DNA from: an uncultured Gammaproteobacteria bacterium | GTDB lineage: Bacteria > Patescibacteriota > Microgenomatia > UBA10105 > UBA927 | Reading direction: 5' to 3' | Assembly (NCBI GenBank): GCA_964358845.1 | Contig: CAYHQC010000001.1 | Coordinates: 1 to 47,396, forward strand | Length of the DNA stretch: 47,396 bases | Shown here: positions 1 through 9,051 of the stretch, piece after piece | Numbering within the stretch: the first letter of the stretch is position 1 | Layout: each line of letters starts with the position of its first letter | Notes under the pieces: generated by a model | Database searches by the model: none | What the model saw: only the letters and a program-made list of their open reading frames with translations | Told to the model about the DNA's origin: nothing | Translations under genes and position numbers: made by a program

Positions 1-67
1 TTAGTGTGGTTTTTATTGTGTTTTGTATAGTACTTCTTGGGACAAATTGGTATAACAATCCATAAAA

Positions 68-108
68 TAAATCCTAATTCCTAAATCCTAATTCCTAAAT
101 CCTAAATG
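68..108. repeat. Tandem 14-nt repeat TAAATCCTAATTCC (about 2.7 copies), directly preceding a GC-rich hairpin cluster
   Basis: TAAATCCTAA read at 68-77, 82-91 and 96-105. The same TAAATC(C)TAA motif also abuts GC hairpins at 14200-14209 and 12152-12160 / 12272-12280. Confidence 0.8.
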
Positions 109-120
109 AGGAATGAGAAA

Positions 121-210
121 GGCCCGCCTGCCAGCGCTTGACCGCAGGGATGGCGGGCAGGGGGAGTAGGGAAGGTGCGCCGATAGCAGGCCTGTCCGCC
201 GATAGGCGGG
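121..210. repeat. GC-rich palindromic element cluster (GCCCGCC...GGCGGGC; CCGCC-GATA-GGCGG)
   Basis: Sharp GC-rich island in AT-rich context. Complementary arms at 122-128/152-158 and 196-200/205-209. Confidence 0.6.
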
Positions 211-1243
211 TATAGTTTGATATAGTTAAGTCTTGTAAATTATAGGCCTATAGCAACCTGCCTCTCTGGCAAGGCGGGTGTGGATAATTAATTTCACGGT
301 GTTGCAGGATTATTTTCACAGTCTTATTTAGCTTCATACTTCGCACCCTTACTCACCTGAGTACATGATGTGTGCGTATTTGTTAAAGTTTAGATTGTTA
401 ATACGCTCTATACTGCGTTACACTAGCATAGAGCATCGTCTGGATTAGCCTCAAAAGCAATATTCTAGCGCGTATTGACGCGCTAAAATATACCCGAACA
501 AACTTTCTCGCACTATAACGCATCAGACTGCTTGTTTTTTTGCTAAGTCACTTTATCAAATAGCCTTGAGTTTCATAATGCGGAGCGTACTACTGCTCCA
601 TATTACGACGTGTCTGCTGTTTATCTTTCATGCGATGTAGCCTCAAAAATATCAATCTAGCGCGTATTAATAAGCTAAATAGAGCAGAGCATAAATAACC
701 CGAAAGACCTCTTCTTGTCATGCGACTCATTCTGTCACGTACATACGAAACCATGCGCACACCAACTTGTCACACTACATAACGTGATTGCGGCAACTCT
801 TCGAGAGTGTCCAGAGTTACTCTCCCTTTCAAGACATACAGAAATAAAAGGCGCGTTTTTTCAGGGTATCAGTTAAGGGGTAAATTGTCATAAAAGCACG
901 TAAGGGAACATATTGGCTTAAGGTCGTACAATAATACTTTTGCGACATCACGAAGTGGGATGATTGAGAGTGTGCTCATTTGTGTTGATTGCTGTGTTTT
1001 CATTTATTCATGCAATTACGTTTTCGTTTTATTTGTTTATAGATACGCGATTGATTTCGTTTTTGTCACCCATTTTTATTTCACCCGAGGGTTATTTATT
1101 TGCTTGAATATTGGTTAGTTTGTGTACGAAAATTTAATATCTAATTTGTCTTTTTTATCACGAGGTGTATATGGAGATGACCACTTGTGCGTTGAACGAT
1201 TATTGAAGGCGTTCTAGGTCACTACAGGGGCTCATATTTAGCC

Positions 1244-1942
1244 TCAATTTTGACGAAACTTGTAGGTGTCAAAAATTGTCGTTTTTGAAGGATGACAACC
1301 TGCATTAGTCTCTATAAGAGAGATAGTTTTTGCATTAAAATTTCCGATTGGTTTATTCTTTATTTTTTCAATAAAATCAAACCATTTCTTGTCAGGAATT
1401 TTTGTATAGCGACAGATAGTAATATTCGCAAAAATGATTTCATCATTATAATAGGATTTGTTATCAGCGCAGTCATTGAGTATAAGTTCTGATCGTAATT
1501 GTCGGACAAGCTGGTTAAATTCTTTTGTGACTAAGGCAATGACGGCTAAACTTGTGGGCATATTCAAGAGTCCTGCCAACTCAAAATGTTGTGCGCCGTA
1601 GTGTGGCACAATTGTTGAAAATACAGTTTTGGCACGTTCTATCGTGTCATTATCATATGACGGCGGGCTTGCAATTACACGAACATTTTGTACCGTAAGG
1701 TGTAGTCCATTGATTGGAAAATAATACTGATCAGGGTTTAATAATTGGAGAGGTTTGATAAGTTGTGTGTCAATAATCGTAGCAAGATCGGTTGGCAAAA
1801 ATGATACTGCGGCAAGGCACAGTTGGTTATCATTTGTATAGTCTTTTTGCATTGATACGGTTTGTGAGGCTGAGGAATTGGTTTGAAACGCCAACTCCAT
1901 TTGGCGTATTAGAGTAAGCTGTTTTTGTTGAAATGGTGACAT
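1244..1942 (-). CDS. Hypothetical protein, possibly a degenerate 2H-phosphoesterase (LigT-like) fold
   Basis: 232-aa ORF with one HxT motif (GLHLTVQN). The expected second HxT position reads NITI, so only half of the signature is present. Confidence 0.3.
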   Translation of the reverse strand: MSPFQQKQLTLIRQMELAFQTNSSASQTVSMQKDYTNDNQLCLAAVSFLPTDLATIIDTQLIKPLQLLNPDQYYFPINGLHLTVQNVRVIASPPSYDNDTIERAKTVFSTIVPHYGAQHFELAGLLNMPTSLAVIALVTKEFNQLVRQLRSELILNDCADNKSYYNDEIIFANITICRYTKIPDKKWFDFIEKIKNKPIGNFNAKTISLIETNAGCHPSKTTIFDTYKFRQN

Positions 1943-2053
1943 GGATATATTTTATCATATTGACAAATATTACTATGTCGCACATTATGGATTGTAAGGA
2001 CGTGTGAAACACGACTTACAATCCGACGCGATTGTTGCGACGTGGAATAAATT

Positions 2054-3037
2054 ATGAATTTAGAACAACTTCTCAAAGAATTTTTGGAATATCTAGAAAT
2101 TGAGCGAAATGTTTCGCATTTGACTATCCGAAACTACAAACATTATTTGGAGCGGTTTTTGGCTTTTTTGGGAAGTCCGATTTTAGGTGACTCCTCTACC
2201 CCATCCGTGTCCCGCGAAGCGGGATCCGACTCCGCCGGAAAAATTTTAAAACCTTCTGACATTACCACAGAGTCAATTCGTCAATATCGATTATATTTAT
2301 CACGATATACCGATGCGCATCAGATGACCTTAAAGCGAGTCACACAAAATTATCACCTCATCGCACTTCGAAGTTTCTTGAAGTATCTTAATAAACGAGA
2401 TATTGCGGTCATTTCTCCTGATAAAATTGAGCTTCCAAAAGCGGAGAGTCATTCAATCAAATTCTTGGATCATGATCAAGTGACGAGGTTATTAAATCAA
2501 CCGGAGATTTCAAAGACTGAAGGGCTTCGAGATAAAGCAATTTTAGAAACGTTGTTTTCGACTGGGCTTCGTGTATCGGAATTAGTTTCTTTAAATCGTG
2601 AACAGGTTAATTTAGAGAGACGAGAGTTTGGCGTGGTTGGTAAAGGAAGACGTGTGCGCATTGTCTTTTTATCCGAGTCATCAGTGACTTGGATACAGCG
2701 GTATTTGGCGACGCGTGAGGATCAGTTGGCACCGCTTTTTATCCGTTACAGCGGCAAGAAGCCGGATGAACATGACACGACAGGATCGTCTATTCGATTG
2801 ACGGCCAGAAGTATTCAACGATTGGTAGATAAGTATGCAAAGAAAGCAAGGCTTCCTATCAAAATTACTCCACATGGATTGCGTCATAGTTTCGCGACCG
2901 ATCTTTTAGGAAATGGCGCTGACCTTCGCGCTATCCAAGAATTGTTAGGTCACAAAAATGTCTCAACTACGCAGATTTACACACATGTAACTAACCCGCA
3001 ACTCCGCGCAATTCATGATAAGTTTCATAGTAAATAA
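2054..3037 (+). CDS. xerC: Tyrosine site-specific recombinase, XerC/XerD family, with a GC-rich in-frame insert in the N-terminal SAM-like domain
   Basis: Motifs TGLRVSEL, HGLRHSFATDLL and LLGHKNVSTTQIYTH (catalytic R...HxxR...Y). Confidence 0.9.
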   Translation: MNLEQLLKEFLEYLEIERNVSHLTIRNYKHYLERFLAFLGSPILGDSSTPSVSREAGSDSAGKILKPSDITTESIRQYRLYLSRYTDAHQMTLKRVTQNYHLIALRSFLKYLNKRDIAVISPDKIELPKAESHSIKFLDHDQVTRLLNQPEISKTEGLRDKAILETLFSTGLRVSELVSLNREQVNLERREFGVVGKGRRVRIVFLSESSVTWIQRYLATREDQLAPLFIRYSGKKPDEHDTTGSSIRLTARSIQRLVDKYAKKARLPIKITPHGLRHSFATDLLGNGADLRAIQELLGHKNVSTTQIYTHVTNPQLRAIHDKFHSK

Positions 3038-3042
3038 TATGT

Positions 3043-4125
3043 ATGGAAGTATCACACACCATTAAATCAGAAAATAAAATTGGAATTCCCAATAAAACAC
3101 TGAAAGATTTAACCCCGATTGAGCAACAGCAATTCTTCGCCGACGTGATTGCTGAAAAGGATAAATTTGTTGCATGGTCAGAAGAACAATTGCGCGATGG
3201 CAAAGTAACTGAATCCATGGGAAAAAAATTTATGGAAACCGTGAAGAACGCACCCTCAAAAAAACTTCTTGTAGCGTCTATGTCTGTTATTGGGTTGGCG
3301 AATATCGGACTAGCTATCGCTGGCAAGAAGGCTGGATTGTCAAACGGTGCGATAGCTGATATGTGGGTCGAAACGATTGGATTGCCGGTTTTAGAAGAAT
3401 TAGTCTTTCGTTCTAGACATATACCTAATTTTCTTACTTGGGCGGGAAAACAGGTAGGTTTTGAAGTTAGCCCTAACGTTTCCAGATTAGGAGGGGCAGC
3501 AATTTTTTCAGCTGGCCATGACTTTGATTACATAAGAAGAAACAAAAAACATATGGATGTGTTGAACTTTGCGCAAAAGAGCACAATGGGGTTGCTACTG
3601 AACAAAGTATCGTCAGAACATGGATTATCGGCAAGTATACCAGCTCATGCATTGTTTAACACTTTGGGAAACAGTGTTAAATATTTATGGGATTTCGCTC
3701 CAAATTATAGACCTCTTTGGTATACAATTTTTTTGACACGACAAGCTTGTGAACTTGGTATCGGAATTATTGGAATTAAAGAGGTTCTTGATGATAAACA
3801 TATTAATGATACGTTGAAACGTATACGAATTGCAGAATCATCTAGTCAATCTATAGACATGGAAAAGGAATTTGTTAATAAGTTGTTAAAAAATCCTTCA
3901 ACCGATGGCTATAAGTTTCAAGCTGGAGTAGAACTTGCTTATGTGAACGCCGAACTAACGATGCCTGATATGATAAAAGATATAATGACACCAGATGATT
4001 ATGCTCGGTCACAAGTGCACAAGATGGTGACAAGTGTTTGGAAGGATGAAAAAACACTTCCTCATCGATTAGAAAAAGCAAATACGTACATTACTGAACA
4101 AATAGCGAAACGCACGAATGTATGA
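3043..4125 (+). CDS. CPBP (CAAX/Abi) family intramembrane protease-like protein
   Basis: PVLEELVFRSRH (EExxxR), FSAGHDF (FxxxH) and AHALFN (HxxxN) in the expected order. Starts 5 nt after the xerC stop. Confidence 0.5.
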   Translation: MEVSHTIKSENKIGIPNKTLKDLTPIEQQQFFADVIAEKDKFVAWSEEQLRDGKVTESMGKKFMETVKNAPSKKLLVASMSVIGLANIGLAIAGKKAGLSNGAIADMWVETIGLPVLEELVFRSRHIPNFLTWAGKQVGFEVSPNVSRLGGAAIFSAGHDFDYIRRNKKHMDVLNFAQKSTMGLLLNKVSSEHGLSASIPAHALFNTLGNSVKYLWDFAPNYRPLWYTIFLTRQACELGIGIIGIKEVLDDKHINDTLKRIRIAESSSQSIDMEKEFVNKLLKNPSTDGYKFQAGVELAYVNAELTMPDMIKDIMTPDDYARSQVHKMVTSVWKDEKTLPHRLEKANTYITEQIAKRTNV

Positions 4126-5123
4126 ACATCACGGTTTTATACAATAAGCCCACGGCACGATTTATCAAAAATGCGACATTCATGCAGGCAGAGGAAGACA
4201 CCGAAGAATCGGCCCGAGAAGTGGCGGAAGCGCTCAAGGAAAAAGGAGCTAAGCCTACATTGGTCGCTTTAACAGAAAATACCATTGAATCAGTTATTTC
4301 TTCCTTACCTTTTGATTTGATATTTAATCTTATCGAATGGACCGGTGTAGATACGCCGTATGCTATAAAAACATATGATGCGATGAACGCTCGCGGATTT
4401 TACTACACAGGGGCTACTCTAGAGACATATTTGTTATCGTGTGATAAGTCGATGATGAAAAAGCACTTAGACGAAGCTTCCCTGCCTACTGCGCGTTGGC
4501 AATTATTTTTAAGCGGCAATGAACACGTACGAACAGATTTTCATTATCCCTTGATTGTAAAAGTAAGCAGCGAACATTCAAGTGTCGGATTGTCAAAAGA
4601 AGCGATCGTAAACGACGTAAAAAGCTTGATACCTATTGTCAAAAAAAGACTTGCTGAATACCAGCAACCTGTGTACGCAGAAGAGTTTTTATCAGGGCGT
4701 GAATTTCAGGTGACACTGTTAGAAAGGTCATCAGGACTGACTGTTTTTCCGATATCCGAAGTGCGCTACACCAATGGCACGGATGTACCGTTTTTGACCT
4801 ATGCCAGCCGTTGGAACGCAAATCACAGGGACTATCAAAATTCTGATGTGATTTTAGCTAAACTAACAAAAGAGCTTCAAGAAAAAATTGAAGAGATGAG
4901 TAAAACTGCATTTACGACATTTGGCTATCGAGATTATGCACGGTTTGATATCCGTTGCCAAAACAAAGAGCCTCTTTTTTTGGAAATAAATTCAAATCCC
5001 GGGTTAAGCGATGATGCAGAGTATGGCATGACCGTTTCGTATAAAGCGCTCGGGTTGACGTTTGCTGATTTTGTGTGGGAAATAGTCGAGTCCGCACTTA
5101 GGCCTCATCCGATAATAACTTGA
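4122..5123 (+). CDS. ATP-grasp ligase (D-Ala-D-Ala ligase / RimK-like family)
   Basis: ATGA start/stop overlap with the upstream gene. Ddl-like layout with DKSMMKKHL, YPLIVKVSSEHSSVGLS and FLEINSNPGL. Confidence 0.65.
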   Translation: MNITVLYNKPTARFIKNATFMQAEEDTEESAREVAEALKEKGAKPTLVALTENTIESVISSLPFDLIFNLIEWTGVDTPYAIKTYDAMNARGFYYTGATLETYLLSCDKSMMKKHLDEASLPTARWQLFLSGNEHVRTDFHYPLIVKVSSEHSSVGLSKEAIVNDVKSLIPIVKKRLAEYQQPVYAEEFLSGREFQVTLLERSSGLTVFPISEVRYTNGTDVPFLTYASRWNANHRDYQNSDVILAKLTKELQEKIEEMSKTAFTTFGYRDYARFDIRCQNKEPLFLEINSNPGLSDDAEYGMTVSYKALGLTFADFVWEIVESALRPHPIIT

Positions 5124-5163
5124 ATGTATCGGTGCGGCACAAAGGGCCGTAGCGAACGAGCCC

Positions 5164-5769
5164 TTAGACGGAATCAGATGGCGTGAAGATGTGCGCTGTA
5201 CTGATGCGGAATTTTGGTAATGCATCTTCTGTTTTTGCGATAATTAAGAGAAGTTGTGGTTGCCAACTTTTCACGAGTCGGAATTTTTTTCCTCTTTTGT
5301 GCAGTTTTCTGCGTTTGAAATCATAGTCAAACCAGCGTGTGCGAAAGTCGGCCCAGTTGTAGGATTTGCGTTTGCCAGACGCACTATCCAAAAGCACGAT
5401 GCGACTTTTGGCGGATAAATAGGATGCGACCACTGCCCAATGTCCAGATTCTATATGGGGCTCATCTTTTTCATTGAGATCATAAAGATAGGAGACAAGT
5501 GCGGCGCGTGGCGATGCTGGTGGATACTTTAGACTGCTTTGTAAATGGCGAAGTGTCGCATTTTCGACGGCCATGACAGAGAGTCCTAATTTCGTAATGG
5601 CAGTGATCATATTTTTGGTCGATGTACCATTTCTGCTAGTTTTGCAAAGTTCTATAAGAGATGAAAGTGATTTGCGAATGCCCAAGACATTGAGTGCATG
5701 TTTAATTGACGCTGGTCCACACGTCGTGTCATCAGGTTGCATGATTGGCTTCACGTGTTTTCTTCCCAT
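5164..5769 (-). CDS. Papain-like cysteine peptidase, C39-like domain
   Basis: N-terminal QPDDTTCGPASIKHAL (Q...C nucleophile motif) and downstream GHWAVV (catalytic His). Confidence 0.55.
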   Translation of the reverse strand: MGRKHVKPIMQPDDTTCGPASIKHALNVLGIRKSLSSLIELCKTSRNGTSTKNMITAITKLGLSVMAVENATLRHLQSSLKYPPASPRAALVSYLYDLNEKDEPHIESGHWAVVASYLSAKSRIVLLDSASGKRKSYNWADFRTRWFDYDFKRRKLHKRGKKFRLVKSWQPQLLLIIAKTEDALPKFRISTAHIFTPSDSV

Positions 5770-5858
5770 AGTGTAAATATTTAAAACGGAGGGTTACAAC
5801 AATCATTTTACTCGTGTTTGAGGAGTTCGACAAGACCTATAGTTTTGTACGCGGCTGG

Positions 5859-6602
5859 TTAGCGTAATTGGTAGCTTAGGCTTACCTGTATGATTATTTC
5901 GTTTGATCCAGGCTCTATGGTGGAGGGAGCAGCTTGGTCTCCACCTGCCTCCATGGCAGTTTTGGCATACATCATGCGTGGAACCGGACCATCGTTATTT
6001 ACTCCTTCAGAGTAGTTGACGATAGTGCCCAATGTAAATCCTACGGTTTTTGCTGCGAGTTCAGCTTTCTTTCTCGCATCCGCGACGGCTAGTGTTCGCG
6101 CTTCGTTTTCCGCTTTGGCGCGATCGTCGACATCAAAGGAAACACCGTTTACTTGATTTGCACCATTGGCTGTAGATGCGTCTATGACATCATTTGCTTT
6201 ATCCATGTCCCGAACCTTTATGGTGAGCGATGAATTCGCATCATAGCCTATGATCCGTTGAACGCTTTCTTGGTAATCGTATCGTGGATTAATAGAATAG
6301 TTTTCTGTTTTGATATCTTTGGCATCGATACCAAGTTGTTTTACCGCTTTGGAAATGGCATCCATTTTTGTATTGAGATCTTTTTGGGCAAGCTTTACAG
6401 TCGGACCCTGGGAAGTAACACCGACAGATACAAGGGCTATATCTGGTATGACTGTCGTTTTTCCGATACCCGTCACAGTAAAAAAGTCTGATTTTTCTGT
6501 GGTGATACTGCTGACACTAAATGGTATTGGACCGACGAGTTTTACAAATGCAAAAAGAGAGAGAAAGAAAATAATGATGGCTCCGCCTGCTGATAGTTTC
6601 AT
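5859..6602 (-). CDS. SIMPL/DUF541 (BP26-like) secreted protein
   Basis: N-terminal TM/signal segment. Has the typical TVTGIGKTTVIPDIA...V.V pattern and a C-terminal IEPGSNEI..V.V.Y.L. Confidence 0.75.
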   Translation of the reverse strand: MKLSAGGAIIIFFLSLFAFVKLVGPIPFSVSSITTEKSDFFTVTGIGKTTVIPDIALVSVGVTSQGPTVKLAQKDLNTKMDAISKAVKQLGIDAKDIKTENYSINPRYDYQESVQRIIGYDANSSLTIKVRDMDKANDVIDASTANGANQVNGVSFDVDDRAKAENEARTLAVADARKKAELAAKTVGFTLGTIVNYSEGVNNDGPVPRMMYAKTAMEAGGDQAAPSTIEPGSNEIIIQVSLSYQLR

Positions 6603-6727
6603 ATATTTGGTTGTTCTTCTTTAGTCAGTATACTTATTTTCATTTCTTGCAACAAAATAAGCATCGTATCAGCATGTTTTATGAGACGTTTTATTGATTC
6701 GATTTTATTTGTTGTAGCTTCACTCAT
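6599..6727 (-). CDS. Possible 42-aa small ORF translationally coupled to the SIMPL gene
   Basis: Hand-translated MSEATTNKIESIKRLIKHADTMLILLQEMKISILTKEEQPNI. Its TGA overlaps the ATG of the 5859-6602 gene (ATGA). It is below the ORF-track length cutoff. Confidence 0.25.
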   Translation of the reverse strand: MSEATTNKIESIKRLIKHADTMLILLQEMKISILTKEEQPNI

Positions 6728-6823
6728 ATATATTAGTATAACACTGGCAATTCATATCGCGTCAATGAGAATTATTTGCTGCAATAACATGGGTTTGCAT
6801 TAAATTTGACGTTATTACATAAT

Positions 6824-7084
6824 ATGGACACTCTGACAGAGGATATAATAACTAGTGATCAAGTACGGAAAATACAACAAATGACAGGAACGCATTTTGG
6901 TGCGTTAGCGTTCATAACTAATCTAGTGAAAAAAGTCGGCCCAGACGTAGCATTAGACTGGCTTAATGAAAGGGGGTGTCCGGTCAATACTGACACCTCA
7001 ACAGCATGGTGGGATAGTAATTTTCATACCATGAAGGGTCAAGCGCTATTAAAAGGCTGGTATAAAGAACCGCTTAAGAAGTGA
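6824..7084 (+). CDS. Hypothetical small protein
   Basis: The ORF-track start at 6806 is TTG; the first ATG is at 6824 (MDTLTEDI...). No recognisable motif. Confidence 0.4.
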   Translation: MDTLTEDIITSDQVRKIQQMTGTHFGALAFITNLVKKVGPDVALDWLNERGCPVNTDTSTAWWDSNFHTMKGQALLKGWYKEPLKK

Positions 7085-7933
7085 TTAGAGATGTAATTGT
7101 TGTGTAGCAAATATAACATTTTGCATGAGACATGCGACGTTGACCGGACCCACACCCCCGGGGGTAGGTGTATAACATGAAGTTGTTTCGGCAATTTCGG
7201 CCTCATTATAGTCTCCGTGTAGTTTCCCTGCCGCGTCACGCCATATACCAACACTTATAAGGATTGCACCGGGTTTGATCGCATCTGGGGTTACGACTTG
7301 TTTTTTGCCCACACAACTTATGATTATGTCGCCGGAGATTAAAATATTTTTTGGGGTGGGGGTAGATGAATTAATTGGTGACGTCGTACAATTTAGCTTT
7401 TTGAAATAGTGGAGGATTGGAGTTCCTGCTGTTTCACCTTTTCCAATCACAACTATATTTTTTGATCGTAGCCAATCTATAAATGATTTTTTTATTTTTG
7501 TGTTGCTATGAATTATCTTTAGTATCTCCCCCACTGCCAGGGCCACCGGTACTTCATGTGGCGAATTCTGTAAAAATCCATCAATATCTTTGTGAGGATT
7601 CACAAGGTTAACTATGTCTTGTGTGTCGCCAACCTCTTTAGGGATTGGTCGTTGGATAATGATGCCATGAATGTTGGGATCGTTATTGTATTGTAAAACA
7701 ATTTTTTTTAAATCATCTTTTCTGATGACTGACGACTGATGACTGAAGACTACATTCACCCCGATTGCCGCCGCCGCTTTTTGTTTTTGCTTGATGTATG
7801 CTAACGATGCAGGATCGTCGCCTACGAGTATGACTGCAAGAGTCGGAGTGATGCCACGCATCTTTAAAGTTAAAACGTCATTTGATAGAGTGGCAAGGAT
7901 TTGATCAGCGATAGTTTTACCGTCTATGAGCAT
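7085..7933 (-). CDS. folD: Bifunctional methylenetetrahydrofolate dehydrogenase/cyclohydrolase
   Basis: IDGKTIADQI..., LAVILVGDDPAS.AYI..K and a C-terminal TPTPGGVGPVNVACLM. Start placed at the ATG giving MLIDGK; ATGs at 7951 and 7957 are alternatives. Confidence 0.88.
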   Translation of the reverse strand: MLIDGKTIADQILATLSNDVLTLKMRGITPTLAVILVGDDPASLAYIKQKQKAAAAIGVNVVFSHQSSVIRKDDLKKIVLQYNNDPNIHGIIIQRPIPKEVGDTQDIVNLVNPHKDIDGFLQNSPHEVPVALAVGEILKIIHSNTKIKKSFIDWLRSKNIVVIGKGETAGTPILHYFKKLNCTTSPINSSTPTPKNILISGDIIISCVGKKQVVTPDAIKPGAILISVGIWRDAAGKLHGDYNEAEIAETTSCYTPTPGGVGPVNVACLMQNVIFATQQLHL

Positions 7934-8002
7934 ATGGCAATAGTATAGCATTGACATACATCATTGATAATGTGTTTAATGGAGGTAAGGAGAAATTAAT
8001 AT

Positions 8003-8746
8003 ATGAACCCAAAGTCATTTACTGCAAGCCTTATCGCGATGATTTTAGTTGGCCTTCTTTTTGTCGTTGGCGTGAGCTTTTTACTGCCTTGGAATATGAT
8101 TTCGTGGGGAAAGATTGGTGTGCAGCCAATTAATAGCGTAACTGTTGTTGGAGAAGCCAGGTCTCAGCAAAAAACTCAAATTGCTATGTTTAGTGCTGGA
8201 GTGAATGCATATGGGGATGACAAGCAAGTGGCAGTAAACGACGTGAACAAAAAAGTTGATGCGATTATTACAGCTGTCAAAGAGTTTGGGGTAAAAGCTG
8301 AGGATATCAAAACGCAGAGCCTTAATATTTATCAAAACCAAGAGCAATATTATGAAGAAGGGCGGCAAAAAACTCGGCCCGGCCAGTGGAATGTAAGTAA
8401 CACCATAGAGGTAAAACTTTTGGATGTTGATCGTGCATTTTCCCTTGCAAGTGTCTTTACTAAAAGTGGAGCGACCAATGTCAATGGCCCCAATTTTAGT
8501 TTTGATGATACGACAGGAGCTTCCAATGAATTGTTTGATCAAGCGCTCAAAAACGCTGGCGAGAAAGCAGCGATTGTTGCCAAAAGTAGTGGACGCACGC
8601 TTGGCAAGATCATAAGTGTCGTAGAGGGATACGCGCCCGCTCAAACGTTTTATCGTATGGAAGGCGGCGGTGGTGGAGGTGGCGGGATAGAACCGGGGTC
8701 TGGGACAGTAAACAAAACCGTCACCGTGACGTATGAGTTGGAGTAA
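8003..8746 (+). CDS. SIMPL/DUF541 protein, paralog of 5859-6602, with a Gly8 run near the C-terminus
   Basis: Same architecture as the other SIMPL ORF: TM segment, VTVVGEA..., IEPGSGTV..TVTVTYEL. Confidence 0.75.
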   Translation: MNPKSFTASLIAMILVGLLFVVGVSFLLPWNMISWGKIGVQPINSVTVVGEARSQQKTQIAMFSAGVNAYGDDKQVAVNDVNKKVDAIITAVKEFGVKAEDIKTQSLNIYQNQEQYYEEGRQKTRPGQWNVSNTIEVKLLDVDRAFSLASVFTKSGATNVNGPNFSFDDTTGASNELFDQALKNAGEKAAIVAKSSGRTLGKIISVVEGYAPAQTFYRMEGGGGGGGGIEPGSGTVNKTVTVTYELE

Positions 8747-8805
8747 ATAGTCGTTTTCACACCGATCGCTAGAAAATTGACTACTTTGAGAGATTTAGTA
8801 GATTC

Positions 8806-9045
8806 TTAATCTAATAGAGAATCGTCGTATGCAGCAATAATGTTTGGATGTGATTCGCGAAAGCCGGGAATAGTTAAGAAAAAACTTAATATTCTTTTTT
8901 GAAGCGAGCTTCTTCTTTCAGAACCAAGTTCTTTAAAAGTTTTACTATTCGCTTGATCAAGAAGATCAGATAAAAGATCTACTTTTTTTGCTTCTGCAGC
9001 CATTTGTGCACGTTTTAGTAGGGCTTGTTCTTGTTCTTCTATCAT
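8806..9045 (-). CDS. Hypothetical small protein downstream of gyrA
   Basis: 79-aa ORF, 6 nt after the gyrA stop. No recognisable motif. Confidence 0.4.
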   Translation of the reverse strand: MIEEQEQALLKRAQMAAEAKKVDLLSDLLDQANSKTFKELGSERRSSLQKRILSFFLTIPGFRESHPNIIAAYDDSLLD

Positions 9046-9051
9046 ATATAT

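Noticed and set aside
279-287. Perfect DnaA box (TGTGGATAA) near gyrA/gyrB, suggesting oriC in the ORF-free region
   Set aside because: It is a single perfect 9-mer, roughly what chance allows in 47 kb on both strands. Only one 8/9 neighbour was found (about 312-320), with no dnaA or dnaN gene and no box cluster.
420-820. Possible CRISPR array suggested by the repeated TAGCCTCAAAA...CTAGCGCGTATT segments
   Set aside because: Only two copies, about 190 nt apart, and imperfect. There is no regular repeat-spacer periodicity and no cas genes in the window.
8081-8644. 187-aa antisense ORF inside the second SIMPL gene, with similar antisense ORFs in gyrA, holB, pilB, pilC and tyrS (for example 10871-11239, 14316-14822, 43058-43537)
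   Set aside because: Each lies fully within a confidently identified gene on the other strand and has no recognisable motif.
8660-8690. GGCGGCGGTGGTGGAGGTGGCGGG tract as another GC-rich repeat element
   Set aside because: It encodes an in-frame Gly8 run in the SIMPL paralog and lacks the CCCGCC/GGCGGG hairpin symmetry.
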